This document shows, piece after piece, positions 8,213 through 19,189 of a stretch of DNA of 64,000 nt. The notes beneath the pieces were generated by a model. That model had not been told where the DNA came from. It searched no databases and saw nothing but the letters and a program-made list of their open reading frames with translations. Made by a program: the position numbers and the translations under genes. The stretch comes from an uncultured Campylobacter sp. Its GTDB lineage: Bacteria > Campylobacterota > Campylobacteria > Campylobacterales > Campylobacteraceae. The first letter of the stretch is position 1. Each line of letters starts with the position of its first letter. The stretch covers positions 18,329 through 82,328 of the forward strand of contig CAUQZM010000001.1 of assembly GCA_963522765.1 (NCBI GenBank), given 5' to 3'.

Positions 8213-8695
8213 CTATTGCGCTAAGGATTGACAAAGAGGCTGTTGATGATTGCAGTCGAATGAACCTACATTAACCGTTGAGCCTGCAGGTCTAGAAGCC
8301 GCAGTCGGATAGTAGTTAAAAGTAGTTGATTGACCGGCAACGGTAGCTGTATATGTGGATGTAGCATTAGCATTACCATTTGTAACTAAGCTCCAGCCGT
8401 TTCTGCCACCAGCTTTCATTGGATAGATGGGCTGCTGCAAAACACCTTCAAAAAGCGTACCGGCTACATCTGGATTAGCTTCTAGACCAGGCCACGTAGT
8501 CACGCCCCTCATCATATTCTCGCTTCTAACTAGCGAAAGTCCGCTTCTAATAGCAGCGATATCTCCGCGCATCTTAGCGATCGTAGCATCATCACGTGTA
8601 GCGGCCAATCTAGGCACTGCAATGCCCGCCAAAATACCTAAAACGACGATGACGAAAACAAGCTCGATCATCGTAAAAGCTTTTAAATTTTTCAT
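8213..8695 (-). CDS. Prepilin-type N-terminal cleavage/methylation domain protein (type II secretion or competence pseudopilin-like)
   Basis: N-terminus MKNLKAFTMIELVFVIVVLGILAGIAVPRL, which is the canonical G/A-F-T-(L/M)-I-E prepilin motif followed by a hydrophobic helix. Confidence 0.8.
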   Translation of the reverse strand: MKNLKAFTMIELVFVIVVLGILAGIAVPRLAATRDDATIAKMRGDIAAIRSGLSLVRSENMMRGVTTWPGLEANPDVAGTLFEGVLQQPIYPMKAGGRNGWSLVTNGNANATSTYTATVAGQSTTFNYYPTAASRPAGSTVNVGSFDCNHQQPLCQSLAQ

Positions 8696-8777
8696 GTTAA
8701 ATCCTTTGATTTAAAGTGAGATGATTATAGCCAAATTTAAATAAAATTAATTTTAGTTAAAGAAAAAATCCTGCATT

Positions 8778-9779
8778 TTAAATGGAATTTTGTGAAATTT
8801 CATTAAATTCTGCGATTTTTTGTCCGAATTTTACGGACGTATCAGTCGGGGTTTCAAATTTTAAAAACTCGCTTTGCGCTACGAGCACGATCGTCGAGCC
8901 CAGCTCGAAATTTCCCAGATGATCGCCCTTTTTAAAGCTTAAATTTTCATATTCGTAAAGCGCCTCAGATCTACTTGCGCATGCATTCGTCTGTATTCGA
9001 GTATCGAAATCAAATCTCATCTTACCGACGTTTAAGGCGCCCACGAAAACCATCCACAAAATCCCGCCGTTAGGCATTTTGCACTTCAAAATCACGCGCT
9101 CGTTTTTAGCGTAGAGGTTTGGAATTTTAAGTAAAAATTTCTTCGCCACGCTGTAGAGATCGGCGGGTATGTAAAGCGCCTGCAGCACGCTCAGGTCGCA
9201 CGGCGCGTGATAATGATGATAATCGCGTGGGCTTAGATAGATGTTTGCGTAGCTTAAATTTACGCCGCTTGTATTTTTGCAGCATTGGGCATCCTCTGCG
9301 CTCGTTTCGCAGCTCGCACCGCTTTTATCGCTATAAATTTCGGCTCGCACGCCGCTCGCGACATAAGTTGCGCCGTTTTCGCCGTCCATGTTTTTTGCTT
9401 GCGCAGCGTCCGTAGCGTCATCTGAATTTTTAACCGCTCCGCCGTTTTCGCTTGCCGTAAAAGTGCGACCCAGCAGCTCGCTAAGGCTATATTCGCAGCC
9501 CTTCACGCTAAAAGGCCGCAGATCGGCGCAGGTCCCGCTCTCAAAGATCACGCCGTCGCTAGGGCTTATAAAAGCTCGCTCGTCTGCCGCTATCTCGCGC
9601 GGACGCAGCAAGCGGCGGGTAAAAAGCGCGTTTAGGCTCGCGTAGCTCTGCGGCGGATCAAATTCGCTCATATCGATTTTGAAAAATTCCACGTATTTGC
9701 GGTTGATAAAATTTTGTATAAATTTAGGAAATTTCACCGCGGCGATAACCCCGAAAATCCTCGAAATAAAACTTCTCAT
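8778..9779 (-). CDS. psd: Phosphatidylserine decarboxylase proenzyme
   Basis: LSPRDYHHYHAP and the self-cleavage motif ELGSTIV near the C-terminus. Confidence 0.85.
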   Translation of the reverse strand: MRSFISRIFGVIAAVKFPKFIQNFINRKYVEFFKIDMSEFDPPQSYASLNALFTRRLLRPREIAADERAFISPSDGVIFESGTCADLRPFSVKGCEYSLSELLGRTFTASENGGAVKNSDDATDAAQAKNMDGENGATYVASGVRAEIYSDKSGASCETSAEDAQCCKNTSGVNLSYANIYLSPRDYHHYHAPCDLSVLQALYIPADLYSVAKKFLLKIPNLYAKNERVILKCKMPNGGILWMVFVGALNVGKMRFDFDTRIQTNACASRSEALYEYENLSFKKGDHLGNFELGSTIVLVAQSEFLKFETPTDTSVKFGQKIAEFNEISQNSI

Positions 9780-10907
9780 CTATGCCTTTCTAAGCTTAAG
9801 CAGCGCGATCTCTGCATCGGCAAAGACCCTTATCGGCGGGCCCCAAAATCCTACGCCGCTGCTTACGTAAATTTGCTTCAGCCCGTCGTTATACAGCCCG
9901 TAAAGATACTTCTGGCTAAGCAGCACCAAAAGCGTCCATGGAAAAATTTGCCCCGCGTGCGTGTGTCCGCAGATACACAGATCGACCTCGTCGCGCACGA
10001 AATCCACGACGTATTTTGGCTGATGCGCGAGTAAAATTTTAGGCTTATCGGGATCCACCTGCACTAGCGCAGCGCCGAGATCGGGCTGCATATATCCGAA
10101 GCGAAGGCCGCTAAGATCGTGCACGCCCATTAAATTTAGCCCTTCAAATTCCACGCTTTCGTTTTGCAGCACGCGCACGCCCGCTTTTTGCATTGCCGCG
10201 ATAAGCCCGCTTGCGTCGCCGCGGTAATACTCGTGGTTGCCAGTGACGAAAAAGATAGGCTTTTTGATCGCCTCAAGAGGCTGCAAAATATCCCCGAGCT
10301 CATCCGAGCGCAGATCAAACATATCGCCCACGATCAGCAGCGCATCGTAATTTAGTGAGTTTATCTGCGCTACGACGCCTTGCAAAAACTCCTTTTTCAA
10401 AAACTCGCCCAGATGCACGTCCGAGATGACGACGAAGCTTAGCTCGCGAGCTAAGTTTTTGATTTTTATTTCGCGCTCAGTAATTTTTGGAATTTTTAGT
10501 GCATTATAAAGCCCCTTAAAAATATAGCTAAATGCCATTATTACGAAGGTTATGTCGATAAAGGTTTTTAAAAATTTTCGCCTGTTTTGGCTAAATTTAA
10601 CTACATGCGCAGCGGCGCTTAGCACATCGTAAGCAAGGCAGATAAAAAAGAGCGAAAAGGACGCTGCCATGCAAAATACGCATAGCTTATAAAGCAGCTC
10701 GTTTTTAAAGCTTCCATTAAGCCCAAAACCCACAAAAAATATTGCATCTAAAATCGCCAAAGCTACGCAAAGCAAGCTCAAGGCGGGGCGAAACGTAGCG
10801 AAGCCTTTATATGGCGTAAAGCGCGCGCCGATCGATCTGTAGACGTAAAGATTAAAAAACAGAAATAAAACCGTGCCGACGATCGGGAAAATATAGGCGC
10901 TTTTCAA
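9780..10907 (-). CDS. Membrane-anchored metallophosphoesterase (YaeI-like)
   Basis: N-terminal multi-TM region followed by calcineurin-like motifs DVHLG, GDMFD, GNHEY and GHTHAGQ. Confidence 0.8.
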   Translation of the reverse strand: MKSAYIFPIVGTVLFLFFNLYVYRSIGARFTPYKGFATFRPALSLLCVALAILDAIFFVGFGLNGSFKNELLYKLCVFCMAASFSLFFICLAYDVLSAAAHVVKFSQNRRKFLKTFIDITFVIMAFSYIFKGLYNALKIPKITEREIKIKNLARELSFVVISDVHLGEFLKKEFLQGVVAQINSLNYDALLIVGDMFDLRSDELGDILQPLEAIKKPIFFVTGNHEYYRGDASGLIAAMQKAGVRVLQNESVEFEGLNLMGVHDLSGLRFGYMQPDLGAALVQVDPDKPKILLAHQPKYVVDFVRDEVDLCICGHTHAGQIFPWTLLVLLSQKYLYGLYNDGLKQIYVSSGVGFWGPPIRVFADAEIALLKLRKA

Positions 10908-10910
10908 ACT

Positions 10911-11549
10911 CTAGCCTTGGATATACTCATCCAGCTTATCTTTATCAAAGCCCGTGATTTCTTGCTTATCGTCTAAAATTAGCGCGCCGCTCTTTTTAAA
11001 TTTAGTGATGGTGCGCGAAAATGTCTCGGGAGTCACGTTTAGAATTTTGGCTATTCTAGTGTATTTCGTGCTCATAAAAATATCGAAATTCTCGTTGATA
11101 AACTTAGCGATCTTGCCGTCGCAGTTAAGCACGACTTGATTATCAAAGACCGCATTTAGCGCGCGGATCTTCTCAGACATCGATTTTAAAAGCTCCAGGC
11201 AAATCTTTGGATCGCTCATAAACTCGTTTTTAAATTTTTCATAATCGATCTTTAGCACCTCGCCGTTTGTCGAAAACACGCCGCTTGCAGGATAGCTCGT
11301 CTCTTCGAAATTTACCATCTCTGCCACGAGCGAGATGGGGCGGATCTCGCGCATATGGATCTCACGCCCCTTTGCGGAGGTTTTATAGATTTTTAAAATT
11401 CCTTTTAGCAGGATTAATAGATACTGCGAGCGCTCGCCCTCGAAAAACAAAATTTCGCCCTTCTTGTAGCTTTTATGGATGCTAATCTGCTCCAAACGAT
11501 CGATTTGCGCTGCGCTTAGAGCTTTAAAATAAGGGATTTTCTCAAGCAT
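10911..11549 (-). CDS. Crp/Fnr family transcriptional regulator
   Basis: N-terminal cNMP-binding-like beta-roll (GEILFFEGERSQYLLILLKG) and a C-terminal HTH (RIAKILNVTPETFSRTI). Confidence 0.8.
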   Translation of the reverse strand: MLEKIPYFKALSAAQIDRLEQISIHKSYKKGEILFFEGERSQYLLILLKGILKIYKTSAKGREIHMREIRPISLVAEMVNFEETSYPASGVFSTNGEVLKIDYEKFKNEFMSDPKICLELLKSMSEKIRALNAVFDNQVVLNCDGKIAKFINENFDIFMSTKYTRIAKILNVTPETFSRTITKFKKSGALILDDKQEITGFDKDKLDEYIQG

Positions 11550-11558
11550 CGCCGTAAC

Positions 11559-11960
11559 CTATTTTTTAAGCAGGTCTCTTATCTCGGTAAGAAGTTTAAT
11601 CTCTTCGCTAGGCTCGGCAGGTGCGGCAGGCTCTGGAGCAGGGGCAGGCTTTTTAAGCTTATTGATCGCCTTGATCGCGCAGAATATACAAAACGCGATG
11701 ATGATAAAATCGACCGTTACCTGGATAAACGAGCCGTAGTTTATCGTAACGGCCGGGGTCTGCCCCACCGCTTCTTTTAGCACGATCTTAAGATCGGTAA
11801 AATTCATGCCTCCCGTAAGAAGTCCTAAAACCGGCATCATGATGTTGCTTACAAGCGAGGTTACGATCTTGCCGAAAGCTCCGCCGATGACGACGCCCAC
11901 CGCCATATCGATGACGTTTCCTTTCATCGCGAATTCTTTGAATTCCTGAATGAAACTCAT
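11559..11960 (-). CDS. mscL: Large-conductance mechanosensitive channel
   Basis: [32 protein letters not shown] is a canonical MscL N-terminus. 133 aa. Confidence 0.9.
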   Translation of the reverse strand: MSFIQEFKEFAMKGNVIDMAVGVVIGGAFGKIVTSLVSNIMMPVLGLLTGGMNFTDLKIVLKEAVGQTPAVTINYGSFIQVTVDFIIIAFCIFCAIKAINKLKKPAPAPEPAAPAEPSEEIKLLTEIRDLLKK

Positions 11961-12074
11961 ATTGTCTCCTTAAATAAAATGCGCCGATATTAGCCTATTT
12001 TTGCTTTGTTTTTGCTTTTTATTAGGAAGTAAAAAGTATAATCCAAGCTTAAATTTAAACCCAAAGGACCTAAA

Positions 12075-13391
12075 TTGTATCGCTTCGCTCCATCGCCCAC
12101 CGGCGATATGCATATCGGAAATTTACGCGCGGCCATTTTCAACTACATCTGCTCGCTGCAAGATAAAAGCGGCTTTATTTTACGCATCGAGGATACCGAC
12201 ACTGCGCGCAATATCGAAGGCAAAGATCAAGAGATAATCGAAATTTTAAAGCGCTTCGGCATCTCATGGCAGAGCCTGTATTATCAAAGCAAAAATTTAA
12301 AATTTCATCAGCAATTCGCAGCAAAGCTACTCTCCGAGAAAAAGGCGTTTTGTTGTTTTTGCAGCGAGGAGGAACTGGAAGCGAAAAAGCAAGCCGCCAA
12401 GGACGCGGGCGAGGCGTATCGCTACGACGGGCACTGCGAGCATCTAAGCGATGAAGAGGTTTTAAACTGCGGCAAGCCCTTTACTATCCGCCTTAAAAAA
12501 CCTGATCACGCGCTGGAATTTACCGACGCGATCAAAGGTCGTATCGCATTTGAGCCGCAGAATATCGACAGCTTCGTCATCATGCGCGCGGACAAGACGC
12601 CTACATATAACTTCGCCTGCGCCTGCGACGATATGATGCAGGGCGTGAGCTTCGTAATCCGCGGCGAGGATCACGTCTCAAACACTCCAAAGCAAAACTG
12701 GATCCGCCAAAGCCTCGGCTACGACGGCGAGATCAAATACGCGCACCTGCCGATCATATTAAATTCCGAAGGCAAAAAGATGAGCAAGCGCGAGGATAGC
12801 TCCTCGGTAAAATGGCTGCTTCAAAGCGGCTACCTGCCCGAGGCGATCGCGAATTATCTAATCCTGCTGGGCAACAAAACGCCGCGCGAGGTCTTTAGTA
12901 TGGATGAGGCGGTGGAGTTTTTCGACATCGCTAAAATTTCAAAAAGCCCGGCGAAATTTGACGAGGACAAACTCGCCTTTATAAACCGCGAACATATCAA
13001 AAGAGCGAGCGAGCAGCGCCTAGCGGAGCTTTTTGAGCTCGAGCCAAAATTTTCGCCTTTGATAAAATTTTACACTCAAGAAGCGAGCCTAATCCCGCAG
13101 ATCAAAGAGAAGATCGCAGCGATCTACGGCGCGAAAGATATCCCGCAGGAGTGGGCGGCGCAGGCGCAGGCGCTGCGAGAGGCGATCTTAAATTTATTAA
13201 GCTCAAACGGCGCGAGCGTGGAATTTAATGATTTCAAAGCGGCGCTTTCGCAGGCTACAAATTTAAAAGGCAAGAGCCTGTTTATGCCGCTTAGGTTTTT
13301 ACTAACCGGCGCGCCTCATGGACCGGAGCTTAGCGAGCTGTATCCGCTGATCCGCGCTGATTTAAAGGAGATACTCGATGCTACTAAATAG
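12075..13391 (+). CDS. gltX: Glutamyl-tRNA synthetase
   Basis: [16 protein letters not shown] (HIGH-type motif) and KMSKR. 438 aa. Confidence 0.9.
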   Translation: MYRFAPSPTGDMHIGNLRAAIFNYICSLQDKSGFILRIEDTDTARNIEGKDQEIIEILKRFGISWQSLYYQSKNLKFHQQFAAKLLSEKKAFCCFCSEEELEAKKQAAKDAGEAYRYDGHCEHLSDEEVLNCGKPFTIRLKKPDHALEFTDAIKGRIAFEPQNIDSFVIMRADKTPTYNFACACDDMMQGVSFVIRGEDHVSNTPKQNWIRQSLGYDGEIKYAHLPIILNSEGKKMSKREDSSSVKWLLQSGYLPEAIANYLILLGNKTPREVFSMDEAVEFFDIAKISKSPAKFDEDKLAFINREHIKRASEQRLAELFELEPKFSPLIKFYTQEASLIPQIKEKIAAIYGAKDIPQEWAAQAQALREAILNLLSSNGASVEFNDFKAALSQATNLKGKSLFMPLRFLLTGAPHGPELSELYPLIRADLKEILDATK

Positions 13392-13674
13392 CGTATTTTA
13401 CGGCATTTTAGTAAGTATTCACTACGTGATTCAAGCTTATATGATGCTCATTTTCGTCGCCTGCGTTTTGAGTTTCATCCGCCCAAATCCGTTCGGTAAA
13501 TTTTATAAAATCTTCCGCGTCATCTCTGCGCTTACCGAGCCAGCGTTCGCGCTCGTGCGCCGCTATCTGCCTACGACGTTCGGCGGGTTTGATCTTTCGC
13601 CGTTAGTGATTTTATTTGTTTTAATGTTTTTTGATAATATGATAATTTATATTCTAAATAGGAGCGTTCTTTGA
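13378..13674 (+). CDS. YggT family membrane protein
   Basis: 98 aa with two hydrophobic spans and the [14 protein letters not shown]...GGFDLSP pattern typical of YggT. Overlaps gltX and the next gene, suggesting translational coupling. Confidence 0.75.
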   Translation: MLLNSVFYGILVSIHYVIQAYMMLIFVACVLSFIRPNPFGKFYKIFRVISALTEPAFALVRRYLPTTFGGFDLSPLVILFVLMFFDNMIIYILNRSVL

Positions 13675-15335
13675 GAGCCATCTGTAAATTTTGCCTTATT
13701 TTAACTTTGCTGTGCGCCGCAAGTAGCGGTAAAATTTTAAGCTACGAACAGATCAAAGACGAGCCCAAATCCCTAGCCAAGGACTATTACATCTATCGCC
13801 TAATAGATGAGACAAAATACAACAAAGCGGAGATTAGAGCTTTAAAACAGAGCATCTTTCGCTACAAGGGCAAACTAAAAGAGAAGCTAGATAGAATTTT
13901 TGGCGCCATTCGCCCTCCTAAGCGTCCGGATCGCTGCGCAGGAGTAACGGCGGCAAATATTTTAGATGCAAATTTAACCTGCAAAAAGGCGCGCTCCTAT
14001 CCAAATTTTATCGCCAAGCTAAGCCCGTCGGTGCGCGAGACGCTCGCTTCACAGCTTGAAAAGCACCAAGACGTGGCAAGTAGAAACGCTGTAAATTTAC
14101 TGCGCGGATTTAACGACAAAAACCCGAGCGAGTATTTTATGCAGAGCCGCAACGCGCAAAACTACTTTTTATATTACGACTACTTAAAAGGTGCGGGCAA
14201 GGACGCTCTGATCGACATCGACGCCGACGCAGCCTTCGTAAGCGAACTGGCTTCGCAAAAAGGCTTCAAAGCGGTTCTCAACGACGCGCTAATCAACCGC
14301 AAATACCCGCACTTGCGCCGCTCGCTCACGGGCGTCGATCCGCTAACCGCGGAGAAGGACGTAGCGTTTATGCTGGGCGTAAATGCCGTAATGCAGGGCG
14401 ATGAAGGGGCTGCGCTTGCATTTTTTAGCCGCGCAGCAGCGAGCTTTGAGAAGCCTCACGACGTGCACAATGCGAAATTTTGGATCTACCTGCTAAATGG
14501 AGATCAAAACGTCTTGCGCCAGCTTGCTAGCAGCGATTATTACAGCCTCTACGCGCTTTATGCCAAGGAGGTCTTAGGGGATAGGAATTTAAACATAATC
14601 ATCCCAAATCCTGCTAAAAATTCCATCGAAGGCTACGATATAACCGATCCTTTCGCTTGGGTTCGCACAAAAAATAGCGCCGATAGAATGTCGCGCCCGC
14701 AGCTTTTGGAATTTGCCAAAAAATTCGACACCAAGCAAAGCATCGGCGAGTACTCATACATCATGAATAAAGCAAGCGGCGGCAAGGATAACTTCTATCC
14801 AACGCCGTTTATGGAATATATCGGCGACGGCGACAACCGCCGCAAGGCGCTAATTTTGGCACTCGCCCGCCAAGAAAGCCGCTTCGTGCCCGCATCGGTT
14901 TCTACCTCGTACGCACTCGGAATGATGCAATTTATGCCGTTTTTGGCTAACGAGATCGGCAAAAAGCAACTCAAAATCGACGGCTTCGATCAAGACGATA
15001 TGTTTCGCCCGGAGATCGCCTACCGCTTCGCCAACATCCATATCGACTGGCTGGAGCGCAAAATTTACAGCCCAGTTTTCATCGCATACGCTTACAACGG
15101 CGGGCTTGGGCTCGTCAAAAAGATGCTTCAGCGCGGCGATATGTTTAACAAGGGCAAATTCGAGCCTTGGCTTAGCATGGAGCTCGTGCCGTATGCCGAG
15201 AGCAGGGACTACGGCAAAAAGGTGCTCGCAAACTTCATCATCTACTCGCAGATCCTCGATCCGCGCGCGAAAGTCTCGGTGCAACAGGAGCTACAAGATC
15301 TGCTGATACCGAGCAGAAGCGACAGCTTCCGCTAA
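13671..15335 (+). CDS. Soluble lytic murein transglycosylase (Slt-like)
   Basis: Signal peptide [21 protein letters not shown]-terminal SLT catalytic region ARQESRF...GLMQFMP...AYNGG. Confidence 0.8.
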   Translation: MRAICKFCLILTLLCAASSGKILSYEQIKDEPKSLAKDYYIYRLIDETKYNKAEIRALKQSIFRYKGKLKEKLDRIFGAIRPPKRPDRCAGVTAANILDANLTCKKARSYPNFIAKLSPSVRETLASQLEKHQDVASRNAVNLLRGFNDKNPSEYFMQSRNAQNYFLYYDYLKGAGKDALIDIDADAAFVSELASQKGFKAVLNDALINRKYPHLRRSLTGVDPLTAEKDVAFMLGVNAVMQGDEGAALAFFSRAAASFEKPHDVHNAKFWIYLLNGDQNVLRQLASSDYYSLYALYAKEVLGDRNLNIIIPNPAKNSIEGYDITDPFAWVRTKNSADRMSRPQLLEFAKKFDTKQSIGEYSYIMNKASGGKDNFYPTPFMEYIGDGDNRRKALILALARQESRFVPASVSTSYALGMMQFMPFLANEIGKKQLKIDGFDQDDMFRPEIAYRFANIHIDWLERKIYSPVFIAYAYNGGLGLVKKMLQRGDMFNKGKFEPWLSMELVPYAESRDYGKKVLANFIIYSQILDPRAKVSVQQELQDLLIPSRSDSFR

Positions 15336-15585
15336 GCCGGCGGCGAGCTTGGAGGATGATTTTAAAAAGCGGTGAGCAAGGAATTTTAAAAGCCGCCGCT
15401 TCAACAAAAGCGCAAAATCTGCCCGCTAAGAGCTTAGACGGGTAGATCAAAACGGCGAAATTTTACCGCAAAAGTAGGTAAGGCGCTATAAAATCGTGCG
15501 AATTTATTTTGACTTCAGTGGTTAAATTTTATCTATTAATGCCTAATGACGGCCATTTCCAGATCTGCACGAAAGGTGGCGCGCC

Positions 15586-15828
15586 ATGCAAATTATCGCG
15601 ACCGTAGTTCTCATAATAGCCGCTATTTTGTACGTATCGTCGTTTAAAGACAAAAAGAAACGCTCCGCGAATTTAGCGGCTTGCTTGTTTTTTATGACGT
15701 TTACGTATTGCGTGCAATTCGGCGTAGGGGACAAGAACTACGTCCGAGCGGGCGGCGCGGCGCTGATAGTCTTTTTTATCTTTGCGCTTGCTTTTTTCGA
15801 GCTTTATTTCTGGGGTGACGAGCTTTAA
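15586..15828 (+). CDS. Possible small membrane protein (80 aa)
   Basis: Two or three hydrophobic segments, but no clear RBS and it sits in a repeat-rich gap. Weak call. Confidence 0.3.
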   Translation: MQIIATVVLIIAAILYVSSFKDKKKRSANLAACLFFMTFTYCVQFGVGDKNYVRAGGAALIVFFIFALAFFELYFWGDEL

Positions 15829-15839
15829 AATTCAAAATT

Positions 15840-16225
15840 CATTGAAATTTTATCGCGGCGTTTTGTGAGCGATCAAATTAGCGCCCGAACGTATAATTTT
15901 AAGTGACATGAAATCAAAATCGGGCGCTTTTGGTTATGGAATTTAAACATATAACCTATCCGCAGCTTATCCGCCGCAAAGGCTGCGGTAGGTTTAAATT
16001 TAGCCTCTTTACAGCTTGTTTGCGGCGATTTAAAATTTCGTAACTTCGGATATGCAAGCCGCTGTTTTAAAATTTCGGCAAGTTTTAAATTTTAAATTTG
16101 CGCTTGCCGACTGCGCCGTTTTAGTTAAATTTAACGGCGCGGCGCAGAGCTTGCGAGCGCGAGATGATTTAATTTTACGACTTCAACTCCGCGCGAGCTT
16201 TGGCGGAATAAAATTTAGCGATCAA
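15840..16225. repeat. Intergenic AAATTT/RAATTY-cored repeat array
   Basis: gaaatttta, ggaattta, taaattta, taaaatttcg, aaaatttcgg, taaattttaaattt, taaatttaac, aaaattta. Also contains the inverted repeat ccgcagc(15960)...gctgcgg(15988). Confidence 0.45.
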
Positions 16226-16229
16226 ATTG

Positions 16230-17186
16230 CTATTTAAAAAGCCCTTTGATCTTGCCGAAAAGCGACTTCTCGCCGCCTGCGGAGGTTGCGTCTTTATGAT
16301 CTTCTGCGGCGGAATTCTCGCTGCCGCCTTCTATCGTATCGCCGCTGCACGGGACGGAATTCCCGCCGCTTGCCTTCATTATGTCGCCATCCGCTTCTAT
16401 TGCACTGCTGCCGCCCGTTACATCGACGCCGCGCGAGGTAAAATTCTCTCTGACCATCCTAACGCCTCCGCCTGTATTGCTACGCTCTATCGCCTCGCCG
16501 ATCTGCTGAGCGGCGATTTCCGCATAGATCAGCGCGCCCTGCGTATCGCAATTAAAAAGATTTGAAAACGACTCGGACCTATTCAGATCAATCGGATTGG
16601 GCTCAACCACCTCGGTAGCCTCAAGCAGCCCTACTTCAAGCTCTGCAGCGAAATTTAGCGCGTTTAAAAACACGGGCAAATTCTGCGCGTAAAACTCATC
16701 TACGGCAGATTTGATTTCGCCGTCCGCTTCGTAATCGCGCAGCAGTTTCTGCACGTTATCGGCGTTTAGATACGCGCCGCAGCAGTAATTTTCGATGATC
16801 TCGTTGTGAATTTCACCGCTAAACTCCGCTAAAAATTCCGCCGGTAAAACCTCGCGCCAATCGCTTATGTAAGGTTTAAATTTAAAGCTTTGCTCCGCCA
16901 AAAAGCTAAACGCCGTGCCGCGCGTGTAAAAATACTCTCTAAAATAGCCCTGCGCCACGGCTATATGAAATCCGTGCGTTTTATTAAAAATCCTCTGCGT
17001 GCCGTACTGCAGCGCCGAACGGAAGCCATCCGCGTATTTTTTTACATAAAATTCGTCCATCCCCGCTTCGCGCGCGATTTGGGAGATAGCCTCAAAATCT
17101 CCCTTCTGCGCGAGCTTTAGCGGCTTAAAATACCACTGCGAAATTTCATCTTTGCCAATCGCGTGGTAGCTTATATCGTAACCCAT
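16230..17186 (-). CDS. Hypothetical protein (318 aa) with a Gly/Ser/acidic low-complexity C-terminal tail
   Basis: Long ORF with host-like GC and no recognised motifs. The last ~90 aa are rich in G, S, D and E. Confidence 0.6.
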   Translation of the reverse strand: MGYDISYHAIGKDEISQWYFKPLKLAQKGDFEAISQIAREAGMDEFYVKKYADGFRSALQYGTQRIFNKTHGFHIAVAQGYFREYFYTRGTAFSFLAEQSFKFKPYISDWREVLPAEFLAEFSGEIHNEIIENYCCGAYLNADNVQKLLRDYEADGEIKSAVDEFYAQNLPVFLNALNFAAELEVGLLEATEVVEPNPIDLNRSESFSNLFNCDTQGALIYAEIAAQQIGEAIERSNTGGGVRMVRENFTSRGVDVTGGSSAIEADGDIMKASGGNSVPCSGDTIEGGSENSAAEDHKDATSAGGEKSLFGKIKGLFK

Positions 17187-17196
17187 CTTCTTTCCT

Positions 17197-17742
17197 TTAA
17201 TCTTTCAGATCGATCTGCGGCTGCCAATACAGCGACTTTGAAATTTTACGAAATTTCATCGTGGCGTTCAGCTCATTTGAGGTGCGGTAGCTAAGCACCA
17301 GCTCGTCCTTATCGCTCTTAGGCGCGGTGATCTTGTAGCGGCTCGCCCACGCAATCTTAAAAAGCTCCTTTTGCAAAAGCGGATCGCCGTCGCTCAGCGG
17401 CACTACGTTTGCGTTTGCGCCGTTGATCTGCACCGCGAGGATCTGCACCTCTTTAGGATAGGAGGTGAGCAAAAACACCTCGTCCTCCGCGGCGTTTCTA
17501 AGCTCGGGCGCGACGGGATTTAGATAGGTCGCCACTGCCAAATAGCGATCGCCCGCGCGCACCGATTCAAATTTTTGCGTGTAGGCCAAAAACTCGTTTT
17601 TAAGCGGATCGTGACGGGGATCGTTTGTGGAGCAGGAGTTTAAAAATAGCGCTAGCGCGGCTAAAATAGCGCCCTTTGCCGCAACGCTTAACGAGCCCCT
17701 TGCCGCGCTACCTCGCGCGCCGCTAAAATCAAATTTCTTCAT
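17197..17742 (-). CDS. Hypothetical lipoprotein (181 aa)
   Basis: Signal peptide ending in the lipobox-like LFLNSC. Lies 10 nt upstream of the 318-aa ORF on the same strand. Confidence 0.6.
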   Translation of the reverse strand: MKKFDFSGARGSAARGSLSVAAKGAILAALALFLNSCSTNDPRHDPLKNEFLAYTQKFESVRAGDRYLAVATYLNPVAPELRNAAEDEVFLLTSYPKEVQILAVQINGANANVVPLSDGDPLLQKELFKIAWASRYKITAPKSDKDELVLSYRTSNELNATMKFRKISKSLYWQPQIDLKD

Positions 17743-17842
17743 CGATCTTCCTTTGAAATTTTAGGCGCATTTTAACGAATTTTGCTTTTTAAAAGGCTAA
17801 ATTCGCTACAATCTGCTCATCTTTAAAAGCCGGATTTTAAAA

Positions 17843-18331
17843 ATGAAAAGACTTGTTATCGCATTTTCAGGCCCTTCCAACAGCGGCAAAACGACGCTAA
17901 TTTGCAAGATCGCTAAAATTTTTATCGCTAGCGGGCTGCGGATCGCGATCGTAAAGCACGATCCTGGCGATAAGGCGCGCTTTGACGTAGAGGGCAAGGA
18001 CAGCGCCAAATTTAGCGAGCTCGGCGCCGAAACCGTCGTGATGAGCCCGACGCGAACGAGCTATTTTTCGCAGCGCTGTATGCAAATCGACGAGGTCGTG
18101 CGGATGCTAGGCGAGTTTGATATCTTGCTCGTAGAGGGGCTAAAGACGCTGCCGCTGCCGCGCATAAGCCTGTTTCGCGACAAGATCGATCCGGCGTATC
18201 TGCCATTTTCGGACGCGATCGCTTCAAATTTAAGCGGCGAGCAGATGGATAAGTTTTGCCCGGTAAATTTCGACATCGACGATGCTGCGGGCATTAGCGA
18301 ATGGATCTTAAAAAACGCCAAAAAAATGTAA
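17843..18331 (+). CDS. mobB: Molybdopterin-guanine dinucleotide biosynthesis adapter protein MobB
   Basis: P-loop FSGPSNSGKTTLI, followed by VKHD and GKDS motifs. 162 aa. Confidence 0.8.
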   Translation: MKRLVIAFSGPSNSGKTTLICKIAKIFIASGLRIAIVKHDPGDKARFDVEGKDSAKFSELGAETVVMSPTRTSYFSQRCMQIDEVVRMLGEFDILLVEGLKTLPLPRISLFRDKIDPAYLPFSDAIASNLSGEQMDKFCPVNFDIDDAAGISEWILKNAKKM

Positions 18332-18340
18332 AGGAATAAA

Positions 18341-19189
18341 ATGCAAGAGATCGTAAAATCAATCCAAAATATCGCGCTACAAATCGCCGAAGAGCTGAAA
18401 TACGCGGACTTCGGCTACACCGATCATCACAACAGCACGGGCGATACGCAGCTCAAACTCGACGTAAAAAGCGACGCCATAATCGAGGCGGAATTTCGCA
18501 AAAATCCGCTCGTGCGCGCCCTAATCAGCGAGGAGAAAGATGAAATTTTAACGCTGCGAGAGGACGCGCGCCTAATCGTCGCCTATGATCCGCTCGACGG
18601 CTCGAGCTTGGTGGACGTAAATTTCGCCGTGGGCTCGATTTTCGGCATTTATGAAGATGAAATTTCTCCCGCAAGCTTAAAAGCGGCGATCTATTGCATT
18701 TACGGACCGCGCCTTGAAATGGTCGTTTGCGAGGACTCGCCGAAGCTCTACCGCCTAAATCGCGAGGGCAAATTTAGCTTCGTAAAAGACCTGCGCCTAC
18801 AGCAAAAAGGCAAACTAAACGCCACCGGTGCGACGCAAAAGGGCTGGAGCGAACCGCACCAAAAGCTCGTGCGGGCGCTGTTTGATGAGGGCTACCGTCT
18901 GCGATACAGCGGCGCGATGGTAAGCGACCTGCATCAAATTTTATTAAAAGGCGGCGGACTTTTCAGCTACCCCGCTACTAGCGATCATCCGCGCGGCAAG
19001 CTTCGCGTAACCTTCGAAGTGCTGCCGTTTGCGTTTATCTTCGAGCGCGCCGGAGGCGCCACCAGCGACGGCGCGAACGGCTCGCTTTTGGATCTTAAGA
19101 TTGAAAAAATCCACCAAAGTAGCCCTTGCTTTTTCGGCTCGAAGTACGAGATCGCGAAGATGCATGAAATTTACGGCGAGAAAAACTGA
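18341..19189 (+). CDS. fbp: Fructose-1,6-bisphosphatase, class 1
   Basis: YDPLDGSS metal-binding motif, GAMVSD, and the overall length of 282 aa. Confidence 0.85.
   Translation: MQEIVKSIQNIALQIAEELKYADFGYTDHHNSTGDTQLKLDVKSDAIIEAEFRKNPLVRALISEEKDEILTLREDARLIVAYDPLDGSSLVDVNFAVGSIFGIYEDEISPASLKAAIYCIYGPRLEMVVCEDSPKLYRLNREGKFSFVKDLRLQQKGKLNATGATQKGWSEPHQKLVRALFDEGYRLRYSGAMVSDLHQILLKGGGLFSYPATSDHPRGKLRVTFEVLPFAFIFERAGGATSDGANGSLLDLKIEKIHQSSPCFFGSKYEIAKMHEIYGEKN

Noticed and set aside
9258-9458. Extra segment of about 65 codons in psd (TASENGGAVKNSDDATDAAQAKNMDGENG...) as another member of the in-frame repeat family
   Set aside because: The RAATTY core density is visibly lower here, with only two or three cores. 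The total Psd length (333 aa) is within the range of other bacterial Psd proteins (E. coli 322 aa). I cannot distinguish an insert from a normal variable loop without an alignment.
12001-12237. ORF 12001..12237(+) upstream of and overlapping gltX
   Set aside because: It overlaps the well-supported gltX start region in another frame, and its translation has no features of a real protein.
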